In this document: one piece after another, positions 40,533 to 55,182 of the stretch | Numbering within the stretch: the first letter of the stretch is position 1 | Layout: each line of letters begins with the position of its first letter | Assembly (NCBI GenBank): GCA_964016885.1 | Contig: OZ024743.1 | Location: forward strand, 164,734,001-164,798,000 | Length of the DNA stretch: 64,000 nucleotides | Direction: 5' to 3' | From: Eledone cirrhosa | Taxonomy: Eukaryota | Translations under genes and position numbers: made by a program | The notes under the pieces: model-generated | The model's database searches: none | What the model saw: only the letters and a program-made list of their open reading frames with translations | What the model was told of the DNA's origin: nothing

Positions 40533-40668
40533 CGAAGGAGGTGTGGTAAGGAGCCAGATGGACCATAACGCACCAGAGTACTCAATACTTAGGGTAGTAG
40601 AGTGGATAATAGGAAAATGTTAGACCCCGACGGCAGAGCTCAAGCCGTTTCGACGGCTATTTCTGGAT
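40530..40668 (-). repeat. Inverted partial copy of the PLE terminal repeat at 42598-42736
   Basis: Reverse-complement match, including the helix III half of the hammerhead. Confidence 0.85.
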
Positions 40669-41158
40669 AAAATTAGAAGTAAATGGCAATAAGGGCTCTC
40701 GATTCTACGAAGCAGAGTTTCCAGGATTTGGAAACTCTGCTTCGTAGAATCGAGACGTCTCTGAGGACCTTGCGATTTCAGAGTCAGGTTCGATCATTAC
40801 ATGGATCGTGCCTCGAGCTGGTCGACAGAGAAACGATTGTAATATGTCTAATAAATTTTATTCGTCGCAACACTGATTCTCCGTTTCTTATGTGATATCA
40901 TACTCTGTTCTGTAAGAGCATCGAGTGCTCAAACGGCCTACCGCTTACGGACGCTTTAGGCCTCCAACACCAATTATATATATATATAAATATATAAATA
41001 AGGAAAAACTATTTAACAAATTTAAGCCAAAACTAAATATGTAATCACCCTCATTTGATCCCCCCCCCCCCCACACACACACATGTGTGTATTGCTAAAG
41101 GGACTGTGATAGGCAGACTGAAAAAAACACACACACATGTGTGTATTGTTATATATAC

Positions 41159-41269
<111 letters not shown>

Positions 41270-41289
41270 AGAGAGAGAGTTACTATGCT

Positions 41290-42734
41290 TCAATTACCTT
41301 ACCGCTACTTACGGCTGCCTTGGACTTTACCGAAACACTTGCGCCCATCACCGACCAGGAAAGAAATATCATCCTCCACGCCAGGAAGACAGTCCTACTC
41401 TTCGATAACTCCAAATGGATAAAGAGAGCTCCCGACTCACCCTTCGACGTCAGCATGGGCGCGACGGATTCGGCTGAGGTCACAGATCTTATAGGATTAT
41501 TCCTACTAGCTAAACTCACCGACATGTTTCCTGCATTCGGCGGTGGATTGTACCGTGATGATGGGCTCCTTATCCTTAAAGGGTGCAACCCCAGTAGTAC
41601 AGACCGGGTCCGTAAACAATTAATCAGCTTCTTTCGCGACTGGGGATTTAAAATAACCCTACAAACGTCCCTGACTCGAGTAAACTTCCTGGACGTTACC
41701 CTTGACCTCGATAATGATCTGTACTACCCATACAGGAAACACAACGACAACCTGCACTACATCCACCGCCGGTCAAACCATCCTAGGAACATCACCAATA
41801 ACCTGGTTAAAAACATCTCCCTCCGCATATCTCGTTTGTCCGCTAATGAGCAGATATTCGAGGAACATGCACCTTATTACAACCAGGCCCTCAAGCGAAG
41901 CGGCTTTCGGGGGGAAATATCCTACTGTCCAGCTTCCATTAGCGGAACCAGCAGGCGACACCACTGCTCACGCAATGTAACATGGTTCAATCCTCCCCAC
42001 AACGCCGAGGTGACAACTCCTATCGGGAAAATCTTCTTTAGGCTCATTGAAAAACACTTCCCACTACAACACCGCTATCACAACATAATTAACAAAAATA
42101 CCACCAAACTCTCCTACAGCACCACACCAAACTTTGCACAAAACATCGTCTCCTCTAACAACAAAAAAACTCAACCCCTATGGAAGAAATAACCTAAATA
42201 GCAGTGGAGAGCCGACCAGGAGGTTCAACTGTCCTGATGGATCCATTTTCCCCCTCGACAACAGATGCAGAGATCGTAATGTGATCTACCAGTGCAACGT
42301 GAGGACGGACACCTCCAACAAAGCTTATATAGGATTAACCGCATGTGACTTCAAGACCCGGTTATACCAACACAGACATACCTTCCGAAACTCGCACGAC
42401 TGGGTTTCCTCCACCCCTCTCCCTCTTTCTTCTACTGGCAGGTTCAGCCACCCCTTCCTTCCACAGATTGCCATGATAGAATTATGTGTCTCAACAACAA
42501 ACTTTTGACCAATCCTTGTGACAATCACTTTTACCATATATTGAATTACCCCCTGAGAAGCTCGGCTATTCATATACCAGGATAAAATTTTTTATTTAGT
42601 CCAGAATTAGCCGTCGAAACGGCTTGAGCTCAGCCGTCGGGGTCCTACTCGTTCCTATTACCCACTCTACTACCCTAAGTATTGAGTACTTTGGTGCGTT
42701 ATGGTCCACCTGGTTCCTTACCACATTTCCTTCG

Positions 42735-42736
<2 letters not shown>
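41290..42736 (+). mobile_element. Penelope-like element (Naiad-like), 5'-truncated: RT, GIY-YIG remnant, 3' repeat
   Basis: FDVSMGATDSAEVTDLIGLFLL, LYRDDGL, VNFLDVTLDL, SNHP, WFNPP, NVIYQC..YIGLTACDFKTRLYQH. Confidence 0.88.
42548..42643 (+). ncRNA. Type I hammerhead-like ribozyme with variant core
   Basis: acccc-CTGAGAA-g..cggcta..tagccg..c-GAAA-cggct..agccg-TC-ggggt. Confidence 0.6.
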
Positions 42737-42831
<95 letters not shown>

Positions 42832-42833
<2 letters not shown>

Positions 42834-42985
42834 ACAAACCCACAACCAACTGTCAAAAAATGTGGTCGCTTTAATTGTGGAACCTGCACTCACCTCATTT
42901 AAATCAGGACAAAATTTTGCTGTAAAAAGTCACTTCACTTGCTCATCAAAAAATCTAATTTATGCCATTAAATGTAAAGGATGCA
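42832..42985 (+). pseudogene. Fragment of a PLE Cys linker and GIY-YIG start (different PLE type)
   Basis: [14 protein letters not shown] followed by HFTCSSKNLIYAIKCKGC. Confidence 0.6.
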
Positions 42986-43878
42986 TTAGTTTTGACAGTT
43001 AGAGAGAAAGGGGGGGGGGGTGTAAACCAAATAATTTTTCTTTTCTTGTTATTGTGTTTAGTGATAGCGGGAGGAGTAGGTAAATATTTAATATGTTCTG
43101 TAAAGCTGCTGTTATTGAGGGCCTTATTATAATAAGGGGCGGCTTTGTTAAAAATGTCTAGAGACAAAGATAAGGTAGAAATCCTACGGCTAATGTTAGG
43201 AATAAGATTTTTAAAAACTATAGAGGGATGGCAAGACTCTTTGTGTATATATCTTAGATTCTCGTTAGGTTTATGATAAGGTTTAAAAGAGGCAGTGAGT
43301 AGATCAAGATTAATATCAAGAAAGTTAGCATTAGTAAGGTTCGTATCTATAGTAATTTTAGGGTTTAGGTTAACAAAGGTATTGATTAAATCTTTACGGA
43401 ATTTATCAAGGTTATGGCCTTTGGTGGTATGAGAAACTGCCAACCCGTCGTCTCGGTATAAACCGATATTATGGGAAGGAAATTTCTCTTTAAGAGTGTG
43501 GAGAAGGAATAATCCTACTAAGTCGCACACATCAGTACTATCATATGAACCCATTACAACATCAAAAGAGTTTTCAGGGCTTGTCTTTTTAACCCAAATA
43601 CTTTCATTAGCAAAGAGTAGAGTTTTCCTAGCATGAAAGATAACGTCTTCTTCTAATTTAGAAATAATAATGAAAGGTCTTGCAAAATCTAAGGCTTTTG
43701 TTAATAAGGAACAGTAATAAAAGGGTAAAAATCAACAATATCAAATTGGGTAAATCTACACTTATTTTTACCTTGTATATTATTAAACCAAAAAATAACA
43801 GAGGATGTATTTAAACATTGTGATAGGTCAGTCTTAGTTCTAATTTGGAGTATTATTTTCCTTAAGATTTTTTTACTT
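42975..43878 (-). mobile_element. Penelope-like (Naiad-like) RT fragment
   Basis: MGSYDSTDVCDLVGLFLL, LYRDDGL, NFLDINLDL, SCHP, IIWFTPP. Confidence 0.88.
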
Positions 43879-44984
<1,106 letters not shown>

Positions 44985-44993
<9 letters not shown>

Positions 44994-47156
44994 CGTAAGA
45001 TAAGAAAATATTTTTTTTAAAAAATCTTTAAAAAATTTTTTTTACTTACTTAAATTTTCACTCCAACTAATTAGTTTCTGCAATGGGATAAAGACAGTTA
45101 CGTAATCCAACTGTCGAGAATTCATTGCGTCATCAGGGAGTCTATTCTCGGCTGAGTCTCCAGGCAATGCGCGGACACTGGCGGCTCATATAAAAATAAT
45201 AATAATAATTCGGTAGAAAGAACAGCTTGCGAGGACTGGATTCTATGTACTGAAATTCTCACTGCTTCTAGTCAAATGGCCGATTCTAAAGAATCAATCA
45301 CGTGACACAGAGGCTAGTTAGAAGGAATGGGATGGTAAGATGACTGACGCCTACTAACACCCCAAAAAAAATTTAGAAGTGGTTTTGGCAGGTTTGCTCG
45401 ACAAATCAGTGATTTGGAGATAAATATAGATAATTTAATATATCAGCTAACATAGGCGCACAGATGCACGTCCATGCCAGCAAATACACAGGTTATGTCA
45501 TAATACCTAGGTGGTTCAATGCAGGAGGGTGCAGAACAATAATATAAAAGACGTAAGATAAGAAAATATTTTTTTAAAAAAATTAAAAAAAAATTTTTTT
45601 TACTTACTTAAATTTTCACTCCAACTAATTAGTTTCTGCAATGGGATAAAGACAGTTACGTAATCCAACTGTTGAGAATTCATTGCGTCATCAGGGAGTC
45701 TATTCTCGGCTGAGTCTCCAGGCAATGCGCGGACACTGGCGGCTCATATAAAAATAATAATAATTCGGTAGAAAGAACAGCTTGCGAGGACTGGATTCTA
45801 TGTACTGAAATTCTCACTGCTTCTAGTCAAATGGCCGATTCTAAAGAATCAATCACGTGACACAGAGGCTAGTTAGAAGGAATGGGATGGTAAGATGACT
45901 GACGCCTACTAACACCCCAAAAAAAATTTAGAAGTGGTTTTGGCAGGTTTGCTCGACAAATCAGTGATTTGGAGATAAATATAGATAATTTAATATATCA
46001 GCTAACATAGGCGCACAGATGCACGTCCATGCCAGCAAATACACAGGTTATGTCATAATACCTAGGTGGTTCAATGCAGGAGGGTGCAGAACAATAATAT
46101 AAAAGACGTAAGATAAGAAAATATTCTTTTAAAAAAATTTAAAAAAAATTTTTTTTACTTACTTAAATTTTCACTCCAACTAATTAGTTTCTGCAATGGG
46201 ATAAAGACAGTTACGTAATCCAACTGTCGAGAATTCATTGCGTCATCAGGGAGTCTATTCTCGGCTGAGTCTCCAGGCAATGCGCGGACACTGGCGGCTC
46301 ATATAAAAATAATAATAATTCGGTAGAAAGAACAGCTTGCGAGGACTGGATTCTATGTACTGAAATTCTCACTGCTTCTAGTCAAATGGCCGATTCTAAA
46401 GAATCAATCACGTGACACAGAGGCTAGTTAGAAGGAATGGGATGGTAAGATGACTGACGCCTACTAACACCCCAAAAAAAATTTAGAAGTGGTTTTGGCA
46501 GGTTTGCTCGACAAATCAGTGATTTGGAGATAAATATAGATAATTTAATATATCAGCTAACATAGGCGCACAGATGCACGTCCATGCCAGCAAATACACA
46601 GGTTATGTCATAATACCTAGGTGGTTCAATGCAGGAGGGTGCAGAACAATAATATAAAAGACGTAAGATAAGAAAATATTTTTTTAAAAAAATTTAAAAA
46701 AAATTTTTTTTACTTACTTAAATTTTCACTCCAACTAATTAGTTTCTGCAATGGGATAAAGACAGTTACGTAATCCAACTGTCGAGAATTCATTGCGTCA
46801 TCAGGGAGTCTATTCTCGGCTGAGTCTCCAGGCAATGCGCGGACACTGGCGGCTCATATAAAAATAATAATAATTCGGTAGAAAGAACAGCTTGCGAGGA
46901 CTGGATTCTATGTACTGAAATTCTCACTGCTTCTAGTCAAATGGCCGATTCTAAAGAATCAATCACGTGACACAGAGGCTAGTTAGAAGGAATGGGATGG
47001 TAAGATGACTGACGCCTACTAACACCCCAAAAAAAATTTAGAAGTGGTTTTGGCAGGTTTGCTCGACAAATCAGTGATTTGGAGATAAATATAGATAATT
47101 TAATATATCAGCTAACATAGGCGCACAGATGCACGTCCATGCCAGCAAATACACAG
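44985..47156 (-). repeat. Tandem array of a 555-bp HHR-containing unit, about 3.9 copies (left arm)
   Basis: The marker agacgtaagataag recurs at 44991, 45549, 46104 and 46659. Minus-strand HHRs at 45060-45141, 45618-45699, 46173-46254 and 46728-46809. Confidence 0.97.
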
Positions 47157-49182
47157 TCCTCGCAAGCTGTTTTTTCTACCGAATTATTATTATTTTTATA
47201 TGAGCCGCCAGTGTCCGCGCATTGCCTGGAGACTCAGCCGAGAATAGACTCCCTGATGACGCAATGAATTCTCGACAGTTGGATTACGTAACTGTCTTTA
47301 TCCCATTGCAGAAACTAATTAGTTGGAGTGAAAATTTAAGTAAGTAAAAAAAATTTTTTTTAAATTTTTAAAAAAAAATATTTTCTTATCTTACGTCTTT
47401 TATATTATTGTTCTGCACCCTCCTGCATTGAACCACCTAGGTATTATGACATAACCTGTGTATTTGCTGGCATGGACGTGCATCTGTGCGCCTATGTTAG
47501 CTGATATATTAAATTATCTATATTTATCTCCAAATCACTGATTTGTCGAGCAAACCTGCCAAAACCACTTCTAAATTTTTTTTGGGGTGTTAGTAGGCGT
47601 CAGTCATCTTACCATCCCATTCCTTCTAACTAGCCTCTGTGTCACGTGATTGATTCTTTAGAATCGGCCATTTGACTAGAAGCAGTGAGAATTTCAGTAC
47701 ATAGAATCCAGTCCTCGCAAGCTGTTCTTTCTACCGAATTATTATTATTTTTATATGAGCCGCCAGTGTCCGCGCATTGCCTGGAGACTCAGCCGAGAAT
47801 AGACTCCCTGATGACGCAATGAATTCTCAACAGTTGGATTACGTAACTGTCTTTATCCCATTGCAGAAACTAATTAGTTGGAGTGAAAATTTAAGTAAGT
47901 AAAAAAAATTTTTTTTAAATTTTTTTAAAAAAATATTTTCTTATCTTACGTCTTTTATATTATTGTTCTGCACCCTCCTGCATTGAACCACCTAGGTATT
48001 ATGACATAACCTGTGTATTTGCTGGCATGGACGTGCATCTGTGCGCCTATGTTAGCTGATATATTAAATTATCTATATTTATCTCCAAATCACTGATTTG
48101 TCGAGCAAACCTGCCAAAACCACTTCTAAATTTTTTTTGGGGTGTTAGTAGGCGTCAGTCATCTTACCATCCCATTCCTTCTAACTAGCCTCTGTGTCAC
48201 GTGATTGATTCTTTAGAATCGGCCATTTGACTAGAAGCAGTGAGAATTTCAGTACATAGAATCCAGTCCTCGCAAGCTGTTCTTTCTACCGAATTATTAT
48301 TATTTTTATATGAGCCGCCAGTGTCCGCGCATTGCCTGGAGACTCAGCCGAGAATAGACTCCCTGATGACGCAATGAATTCTCGACAGTTGGATTACGTA
48401 ACTGTCTTTATCCCATTGCAGAAACTAATTAGTTGGAGTGAAAATTTAAGTAAGTAAAAAAATTTTTTTTAAAATTAAAAAAAAAAAATATTTTCTTATC
48501 TTACGTCTTTTATATTATTGTTCTGCACCCTCCTGCATTGAACCACCTAGGTATTATGACATAACCTGTGTATTTGCTGGCATGGACGTGCATCTGTGCG
48601 CCTATGTTAGCTGATATATTAAATTATCTATATTTATCTCCAAATCACTGATTTGTCGAGCAAACCTGCCAAAACCACTTCTAAATTTTTTTTGGGGTGT
48701 TAGTAGGCGTCAGTCATCTTACCATCCCATTCCTTCTAACTAGCCTCTGTGTCACGTGATTGATTCTTTAGAATCGGCCATTTGACTAGAAGCAGTGAGA
48801 ATTTCAGTACATAGAATCCAGTCCTCGCAAGCTGTTCTTTCTACCGAATTATTATTATTTTTATATGAGCCGCCAGTGTCCGCGCATTGCCTGGAGACTC
48901 AGCCGAGAATAGACTCCCTGATGACGCAATGAATTCTCGACAGTTGGATTACGTAACTGTCTTTATCCCATTGCAGAAACTAATTAGTTGGAGTGAAAAT
49001 TTAAGTAAGTAAAAAAAATTTTTTTTAAATTTTTTTTAAAAAAATATTTTCTTATCTTACGTCTTTTATATTATTGTTCTGCACCCTCCTGCATTGAACC
49101 ACCTAGGTATTATGACATAACCTGTGTATTTGCTGGCATGGACGTGCATCTGTGCGCCTATGTTAGCTGATATATTAAATTA

Positions 49183-49185
<3 letters not shown>
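47154..49185 (+). repeat. Inverted tandem array of the same 555-bp unit, about 3.7 copies (right arm)
   Basis: The marker cagtcctcgcaagc recurs at 47154, 47709, 48264 and 48819. Plus-strand HHRs at 47248, 47803, 48358 and 48913. Confidence 0.97.
47248..47329 (+). ncRNA. Type I hammerhead ribozyme (representative of 8 copies)
   Basis: actcc-CTGATGA-c-gcaatg..gacagtt..aactgtc..cattgc-a-GAAA-ctaattag-TT-ggagt. All three helices pair. Confidence 0.85.
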
Positions 49186-49239
<54 letters not shown>

Positions 49240-49311
49240 GACTATCCAGCGAACTTTCAACCATCAAGGTTGTTTTCTACGGGTATGTCAACATTTATAT
49301 AACATATTTTA

Positions 49312-49376
49312 TATTTTATCTGATGAAAGCGCACCAAAATTGTCTTGGTTTCCCTTGAAATATATATAATAAAATA
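49312..49376 (+). ncRNA. Type I hammerhead ribozyme
   Basis: tattttat-CTGATGA-aag..accaa..ttggt..ctt-GAAA-tatata-TA-ataaaata. Confidence 0.8.
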
Positions 49377-49420
49377 ATTATGGTTTTATAAATATAGTTT
49401 CCATTTATTAATATATACTG

Positions 49421-49507
<87 letters not shown>

Positions 49508-49635
49508 AAAGTTCTATTTAAAATTGTTGGAATACAACAAGTAAATATTTTTATAACTGATATAAAGCACTCGACAAGTATTTGGAGTAGATATACGATA
49601 TTAATAAATGGAAACTATATTTATAAAACCATATT

Positions 49636-49700
49636 TATTTCATTATACATATTTCAGGGATACCAAATTAAATTATGGTATGCCTTCATCAGACAAAATA
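49636..49700 (-). ncRNA. Type I hammerhead ribozyme, same family as 49312
   Basis: Reverse complement reads tattttgt-CTGATGA-agg-c-atacca..tggtat-c-cct-GAAA-tatgta-TA-atgaaata. A partial plus-strand mirror copy starts at 49790. Confidence 0.8.
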
Positions 49701-49906
49701 CAATATATAACAGTTTTACAAATAAGCTTTGACGTACCCTTTTAAAATGCAACCATTATTTTTGGAAGCCATCCGGATGAAGCCATCCGGATGAAGGCAT
49801 ACCATAATTTAATTTGGTATCCCTGAAATATGTATAATGAAATAAATATGGTTTTATAAATATAGTTTCCATTTATTAATATCGTATATATATATATATA
49901 TATATA

Positions 49907-51414
49907 TTATATTATATTTTGAGAATAAACTCCCAGTCGTTTACAATAATTAAGCTCCAGGAAGGGGCTCTTCCGAGCAGTTAAATACATTTAAAGTATA
50001 TGATAAACACGAAATGTGTTTACATTATTTCTATTCCATTTCGATTCTCTTTATTTTTCAATTCACATTCCACCGTTGCGAAACTTATTTGGGTTTCGAG
50101 GTTCAAATTCGTCTACAGAACAGGTTTGAATTTTGAAATTTAAATATGTCCAGGAATCATGGCCGTTGCCAATATAAGCTTGTTTTTATTGACTTGTATC
50201 GAGACAGACAAATTGTATTCACTTTTATTAGTTTATTTCATTAATAGCTAACTTTGTCTGTTGCAATGTAAACACATTTCGTGTTTATCATATACTTTAA
50301 ATGTATTTAACTGCTCGGAAGAGCCCCTTCCTGGAGCTTAATTATTGTAAACGACTGGGAGTTTATTCTCAAAATATAATATAATGTATAGCTCCTTTAT
50401 TGTAAGAGCTGATCCTTAATCCTGCATAAGCGGCTGTTATTTCTAGCACCGTGAATGTGGGATAGCTAGTTTGGCCTGCCTACCCACGTGTAGTCAGTCC
50501 TGCAAAATTTTTGATGTGAGATAGTCTAATCTTACTGGATTCCTGTTGATATGCACAGATGATTTGGATATTTCACTCTTTTATTTCTATTCCATTTCGA
50601 TTCTCTTTCTTTTTCAATTCACATTCCACCGTTGCGAAACTTATTTGGGTTTCGAGGTTCAAATTCGTCTACGGAACGGGTTTGAATTTTGAAATTTAAA
50701 TCTGTCCAGGAATCATGGCCGTTGCCAATATAAGCTTGTCTTTATTGACTTATATCGAGACAGACAAATTGTATTCACTTTTATTAGTTTATTTCATTAA
50801 TAGCTAACTTTGTCTGTTGCAATGTAAACACATTTCGTGTTTATCATATACTTTAAATGTATTTAACTGCTCGGAAGAGCCCCTTCCTGGAGCTTAATTA
50901 TTGTAAACGACTGGGAGTTTATTCTCAAAATATAATATAATGTATAGCTCCTTTATTGTAAGAGCTGATCCTTAATCCTGCATAAGCGGCTGTTATTTCT
51001 AGCACCGTGAATGTGGGATAGCTAGTTTTGGCCTGCCTACCCACGTGTAGTCAGTCCTGCAAAATTTTTGATGTGAGATAGTCTAATCTTACTGGATTCC
51101 TGTTGATATGCACAGATGATTTGGATATTTCACTCTTTTATTTCTATTCCATTTCGATTCTCTTTCTTTTTCAATTCACATTCCACCGTTGCGAAACTTA
51201 TTTGGGTTTCGAGGTTCAAATTCGTCTACGGAACGGGTTTGAATTTTGAAATTTAAATCTGTCCAGGAATCATGGCCGTTGCCAATATAAGCTTGTCTTT
51301 ATTGACTTGTATTGAGACAGACAAATTGTATTCACTTTTATTAGTTTATTTCATTAATAGCTAACTTTGTCTGTTGCAATGTAAACACATTTCGTGTTTA
51401 TCATATACTTTAAA

Positions 51415-51416
<2 letters not shown>
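49907..51416. repeat. Tandem array of a 556-557-bp unit (about 2.5 copies) with a 120-bp inverted segment on the left
   Basis: ctattccatttcgattctc recurs at 50031, 50587 and 51144. 49907-50026 is the reverse complement of about 50265-50385. Confidence 0.95.
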
Positions 51417-52395
<979 letters not shown>

Positions 52396-52652
52396 GGTGG
52401 CTGCCAACTCGTTTTCGAGTACGGCCACTACTTTATATCCATGTAGGAGAACCCCTACCGATGCGCTGAACGAGTGTGACTTTTTAGTCCAGCCAGCGAC
52501 TTGAAAACTCTGGTACAAACACTACACTTGTGACAATTATTGACACATAGTGCTTTGCCTTTGGTACCATGTGACGACAAGTGCAGAGAGATCTCCAGAT
52601 ATAAAGCAATGCCTGTGCCGTGAAGCTTTTATAGTGAGCAAAGGCACTGCAC

Positions 52653-52687
<35 letters not shown>

Positions 52688-53094
52688 TACATAAATATAC
52701 ATCTACACACACACACCTATATATATATACACATATAAATATACACACACATACAAGCGTACACATACAAACATAAACACGCATACATACATATATACAC
52801 ACACATACATACACATACATATATATATATATACATACATGCATAATTAAATATATATATATACATATATATATATATACACATAAATACACGCACACAT
52901 ACAGACATACACACAACACACACACATACTTATACAAAAGAATAATCAAAAACCTATAAAGGTAAGTATACATGAGTATATATATATTTCCAATAATAGA
53001 TAATAATCTCCTAATAAGCTCTGTAACCTACATAGAGCACTCTTTTTTCCTGTACCTTTCCGACGGAATTACTTCATTTATATATATATATATA

Positions 53095-53480
53095 TAGTTA
53101 AAGAACGAAGAGTAACATGGTTGGCTGTACAACAAGGGCTTTATTTAAAGCACTGACAATTGTTTCGTTGATCAGGTGGTAAAAAATGTATTGGAGATCG
53201 ATTGACGCAACCTCAAGCGATTAGCGAACTCTAGACACACCTGATCAACGAAACAATTGTAAGTACTTTAAATAAAGCCCCTTATTGTACAGCCTACCAT
53301 GTTACTCTTCTTTCTTTAACTATTATTACTCCAAGTATAACCTGCATAGAAATTACCGCGATCTCGCTGCATAACTATGGAAACATATTGTTGAGTCAAA
53401 CAAAGCCGTACGTTAAAACTATCCACGACGCGGAGTACTCACAACCTCTAACTGGATTACCTATAACGATAACTTGTTAT
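53095..53480 (+). repeat. PLE terminal-repeat-like unit with a fold-back 5' end
   Basis: Arms at 53095-53178 and 53238-53322. Contains GAAA-caattg-TA. A diverged inverted relative lies at about 54120-54420. Confidence 0.7.
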
Positions 53481-53511
<31 letters not shown>

Positions 53512-54312
53512 TTCCAATAATAGAATTTCTCATAATCCTCCTGCTGGTTCTACCGAACTTACCTATAACTTACAATCCCCTATTCCCTTTTGAACTATTG
53601 ACCACTCAATTAACACACACAGGATGTTTTTCAAAACACAACTTTCTTCTGTGAAGAAAAACAAGTACTACTACCTTCTCTTACCACCTAATTTTTGAGC
53701 AAGAAGGATGTAAAAAAATTTACTCAAAACATTTTATTTTAATTTTAAATCCTTAGTTTTTAACCCATATTAATTCTTTTTAATTTTTATTTCAACACTC
53801 AACATTTGATAAGAAGGATTTTAACAATACATTGAAACCGGTAATACTTTATATACTTTATATACATTATAAAACCTTTTTTTAAAAAGAATTGTCCCTC
53901 TCATTTTTTCAATAATGTTATCTTTTCAATAATGTCACTTTGACGAATCAAAAAAGAAAATCAGACCCTTAAATATATTTCCGTGCTATTTCCAACTTCA
54001 CTTTTTCTCTATATCCACTGTTTTGTATAGAATCCTTACTTGCCTTTTCTAATATATATTATATATATATATTATATATATATATACGGATTAACAAATA
54101 ATAGTTAAATGCAGTCCACTTAGGTGAAGTCCAGTTATGGTATTCCAGGTAGTGGATGATATTAACGCTTGGCTTGGTTTGACTCAACAAGGCGTTTTCA
54201 TAGTGATGCTGCGGGTATGCTGTAATTCCTATGTTGTAAACACTTGGAGTAATAATAAATCAGGAAAGAAGGTTTACATGGTTTGCTATACAAAAAAGTT
54301 TTTAATCACATA

Positions 54313-54419
54313 GCTTACATTTGTTCCACTGAACTGGTATATCTAGAGATCGCTATCCGCCTAATTTTGCGTCACTCGATCGCCAATACAGAATTATAAC
54401 CAGTCAGATCTTCGGAGCA
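54313..54419 (-). ncRNA. Degenerate hammerhead-like motif with a long helix II
   Basis: Reverse complement reads gct-CCGAAGA-t-ctgactggt...accagttcag-t-GGAA-caaatg-TA-agc, with two core substitutions. Confidence 0.45.
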
Positions 54420-54777
54420 TGCGAGAATGAAGAAAATACACAGGCAAGAAAAGAAAAGAAAATATGGAGTAGTTATGGCATTCAATTAGAACAATAACAA
54501 CAACAATTATTACAACAATGCTATCAATAAACTATTTAAGGAGACCCTGACATTACTTAGGTGGGGGGTATATAATGTATCTAATGTTACGGCGTGAAAA
54601 CCAGCTGTCATAAGGCAAAAAGTATCGTAGTGTGTATCAATTTTAAATTATAAAGATAAGCTAGTTTTTACAGTCTTTCTCTTCATCTTCAACAGTATAC
54701 ATGAGTGGGACCACTGTCAAAGCTCAATAGTTGTAGAGTTAATACAGAGGTTAACGAATTAATATACGCATATATCT

Positions 54778-54854
<77 letters not shown>

Positions 54855-55182
54855 AATATATATACACATATATGTGTACATAGACACATACATACACATC
54901 AATATACACTCGTACAAAAATATACATACATGCAAAGAGAAAAGCGTGCTAATTGTAATTATGGCAAAAAGAAGGTAAAGTAACATTGTAGTAGTGAAAT
55001 GAGAAAAAGTAGGATCTTGGATCAAATGATTGCAGCAGCTGAGAAGGAGTAAGATTGTTGGTAGATGAGGTACTTACAGACAATTGTGTGGTATAGACTT
55101 GTGAAGGAAATAGTATACTTAATGAATATATTTCTGTGGGTAGTAGGTATCCTAATTTAAAGCTATGTTATGTTGGTTCGAT

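Noticed and set aside
44985-51416. CRISPR-like array or tandem RNA genes (5S, snRNA, SL RNA)
   Set aside because: The units are identical end to end with no variable spacers, and I recognised no such RNA gene sequence.
52505-52520. Possible hammerhead end (CTGAACGA at about 52466 with GAAA at 52503)
   Set aside because: Core spacing is wrong and helices I and III do not pair convincingly.
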